The translations under genes were made by a program, and so were the position numbers. From Scyliorhinus canicula (Eukaryota): 64,000 nucleotides of DNA. The stretch covers positions 117,096,708 to 117,160,707 of the forward strand of contig NC_052160.1 in the NCBI RefSeq assembly GCF_902713615.1, in the 5' to 3' direction. Shown piece after piece: positions 62,755-64,000 of this stretch; within the stretch, counting starts at the first letter, position 1; each line of letters opens with the position of its first letter. The notes beneath the pieces were generated by a model, which was not told where the DNA came from, did no database searches, and saw only the letters and a program-made list of their open reading frames with translations.

Positions 62755-63805
62755 TCAGCACAGCAATTGCATTTGAGAATACAATAAAGAGTGAGGAAAA
62801 GACTCTTCAGAATGTCTCAGTTTAGATTCTGATTCATTTCAGGTTCAAGGTACACAGCTGCTGCTGTTCAAATATTATTATGTTTTAAACATATTCCAAT
62901 CGCTAATTCAGAAATGTTGCTAAATTATTAGATAGCTATAATCACGCAGAATTATTTTTATCAGACACTTTCTTCAACAGTCAAAAACAATGCACAAAGA
63001 TAAACATGTAACAAAATCTATTTTAGACCTCAAAAAGACAAAAGTGCTTCAGAACAACAGAACAGCTTAAAGGCAGCGAGGATCAAGAGATTATTCACCA
63101 ATTATTAAAATCTCATTATATTCACTGTAATTAGATAAATCACTGAACACATGAGCTGAGGTAAGCTGCTGGAATGTTTTATTATGACTAAAATAACAAA
63201 AGGGGATACAATAAAACTATGTGACTAAAGAATGCAGTCATTCAATCCTCAATCTGCTCATTTCATGCTCTTCAAATGAGAACATTATTGGCAAGTCACA
63301 ACTCAAAGGTATTGGTTTCCTATGTGTTCAGACAGGAATGGAAAGTGTGAAGGTTTGGGAATGTGGTTGCAGCCTACTTTCCAGTCAGTCCCATCATAAC
63401 CTTTTTCATTTTCTATTTTTCTCCTGAAGGTTATAACGTTTATGGTTCTATACTTGCTCTGGGAGCTCACTCAAGTGATTGTTCTATGTGTACAGGCAAG
63501 ACAGTGAGTCATGCCAGACAAATCCTATTTTCCAGCAAATGGTACCGGACAGCAATACAGAAAGGAGACCTCGGCCTAGGGACCGATATATGCCTAAAAA
63601 TTGGATCATACCAGAATGGATGCTGCACACGCCTCACAACCAACAGCAGGACCACACCAAACTGGTTTATGGTCTCATTCGGATAGCACCATTCGACATG
63701 CAGTTGACTGAATGTCTGAATTCAAAATGTTTAAACAGCAGGTCTACAGGGGCTGAACACATCAGGATTAAAAGAAGAAGAGGAAAACGATTTACAAAAG
63801 ATATG

Positions 63806-63970
63806 GGGCGGGATTCTCCGGTCCCCCGCCCACCCCCTCCCTGCTGGCAGTGGGATCCTCCATTCCCACAGCCGGTCAATGGGGTATCCCATTGTGGCCA
63901 CCCCACGCTGCCGGGAAACATGCGGGCATGGGGCGGAGGTTCCTGCCGAGGGAGAGTCCCACAGATGGAC
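63806..63970. mobile_element. Short Harbinger-type MITE
   Basis: Starts GGGCGGGATTCTCC; internal AGCCGGTCAATGGGG...CCCATTGTGG as in the 26069 element. Confidence 0.7.
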
Positions 63971-64000
63971 AATATTGGAATGCCAGTTTCAAATCAGGTG

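Noticed and set aside
63430-63503. Possible exon (polypyrimidine-AG ... GTGAGT)
   Set aside because: Unrecognised peptide and no partner exons; needs RNA-seq evidence.
1-64000. CRISPR arrays, tRNA/rRNA genes or prokaryotic systems
   Set aside because: No repeat-spacer arrays; tRNA-like boxes all belong to SINE heads; the content is vertebrate repeat DNA.

Overview
Eukaryotic, repeat-rich non-coding DNA (intergenic or deep intronic), most likely from an elasmobranch (shark). This is inferred from about 16 HE1-like V-SINEs, CR1/L2 LINE debris and GC-rich MITEs. I could not identify any intact host protein-coding exon. Every recognisable protein sequence is transposon-derived and decayed. Main contents: one full-length Ty3/Gypsy element (38279-43016, both LTRs, 5-bp TSD, tRNA-Ser PBS), three partial Gypsy elements and solo LTRs, a PIF/Harbinger cluster (DDE transposase remnant, four pieces of the Myb/SANT partner gene, many TIR MITEs with 3-bp TSDs), L1, CR1 and L2 fragments, and several SINE families. 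Most notable: (1) a U2 snRNA-derived element at about 62.55-62.75 kb whose stems appear to be kept despite sequence change, while the branch-site and stem IV regions are replaced and an A-rich tail is added (candidate snRNA-derived SINE or U2 variant); (2) one V-SINE core with four different tails, where only the short-tail class has ~15-bp TSDs (possible switch of LINE partner); (3) three apparent template-switch or copy events; (4) Gypsy LTRs ending TG...AA instead of TG...CA. Family names come from recalled consensus motifs, not database searches, and boundaries of decayed repeats are approximate.
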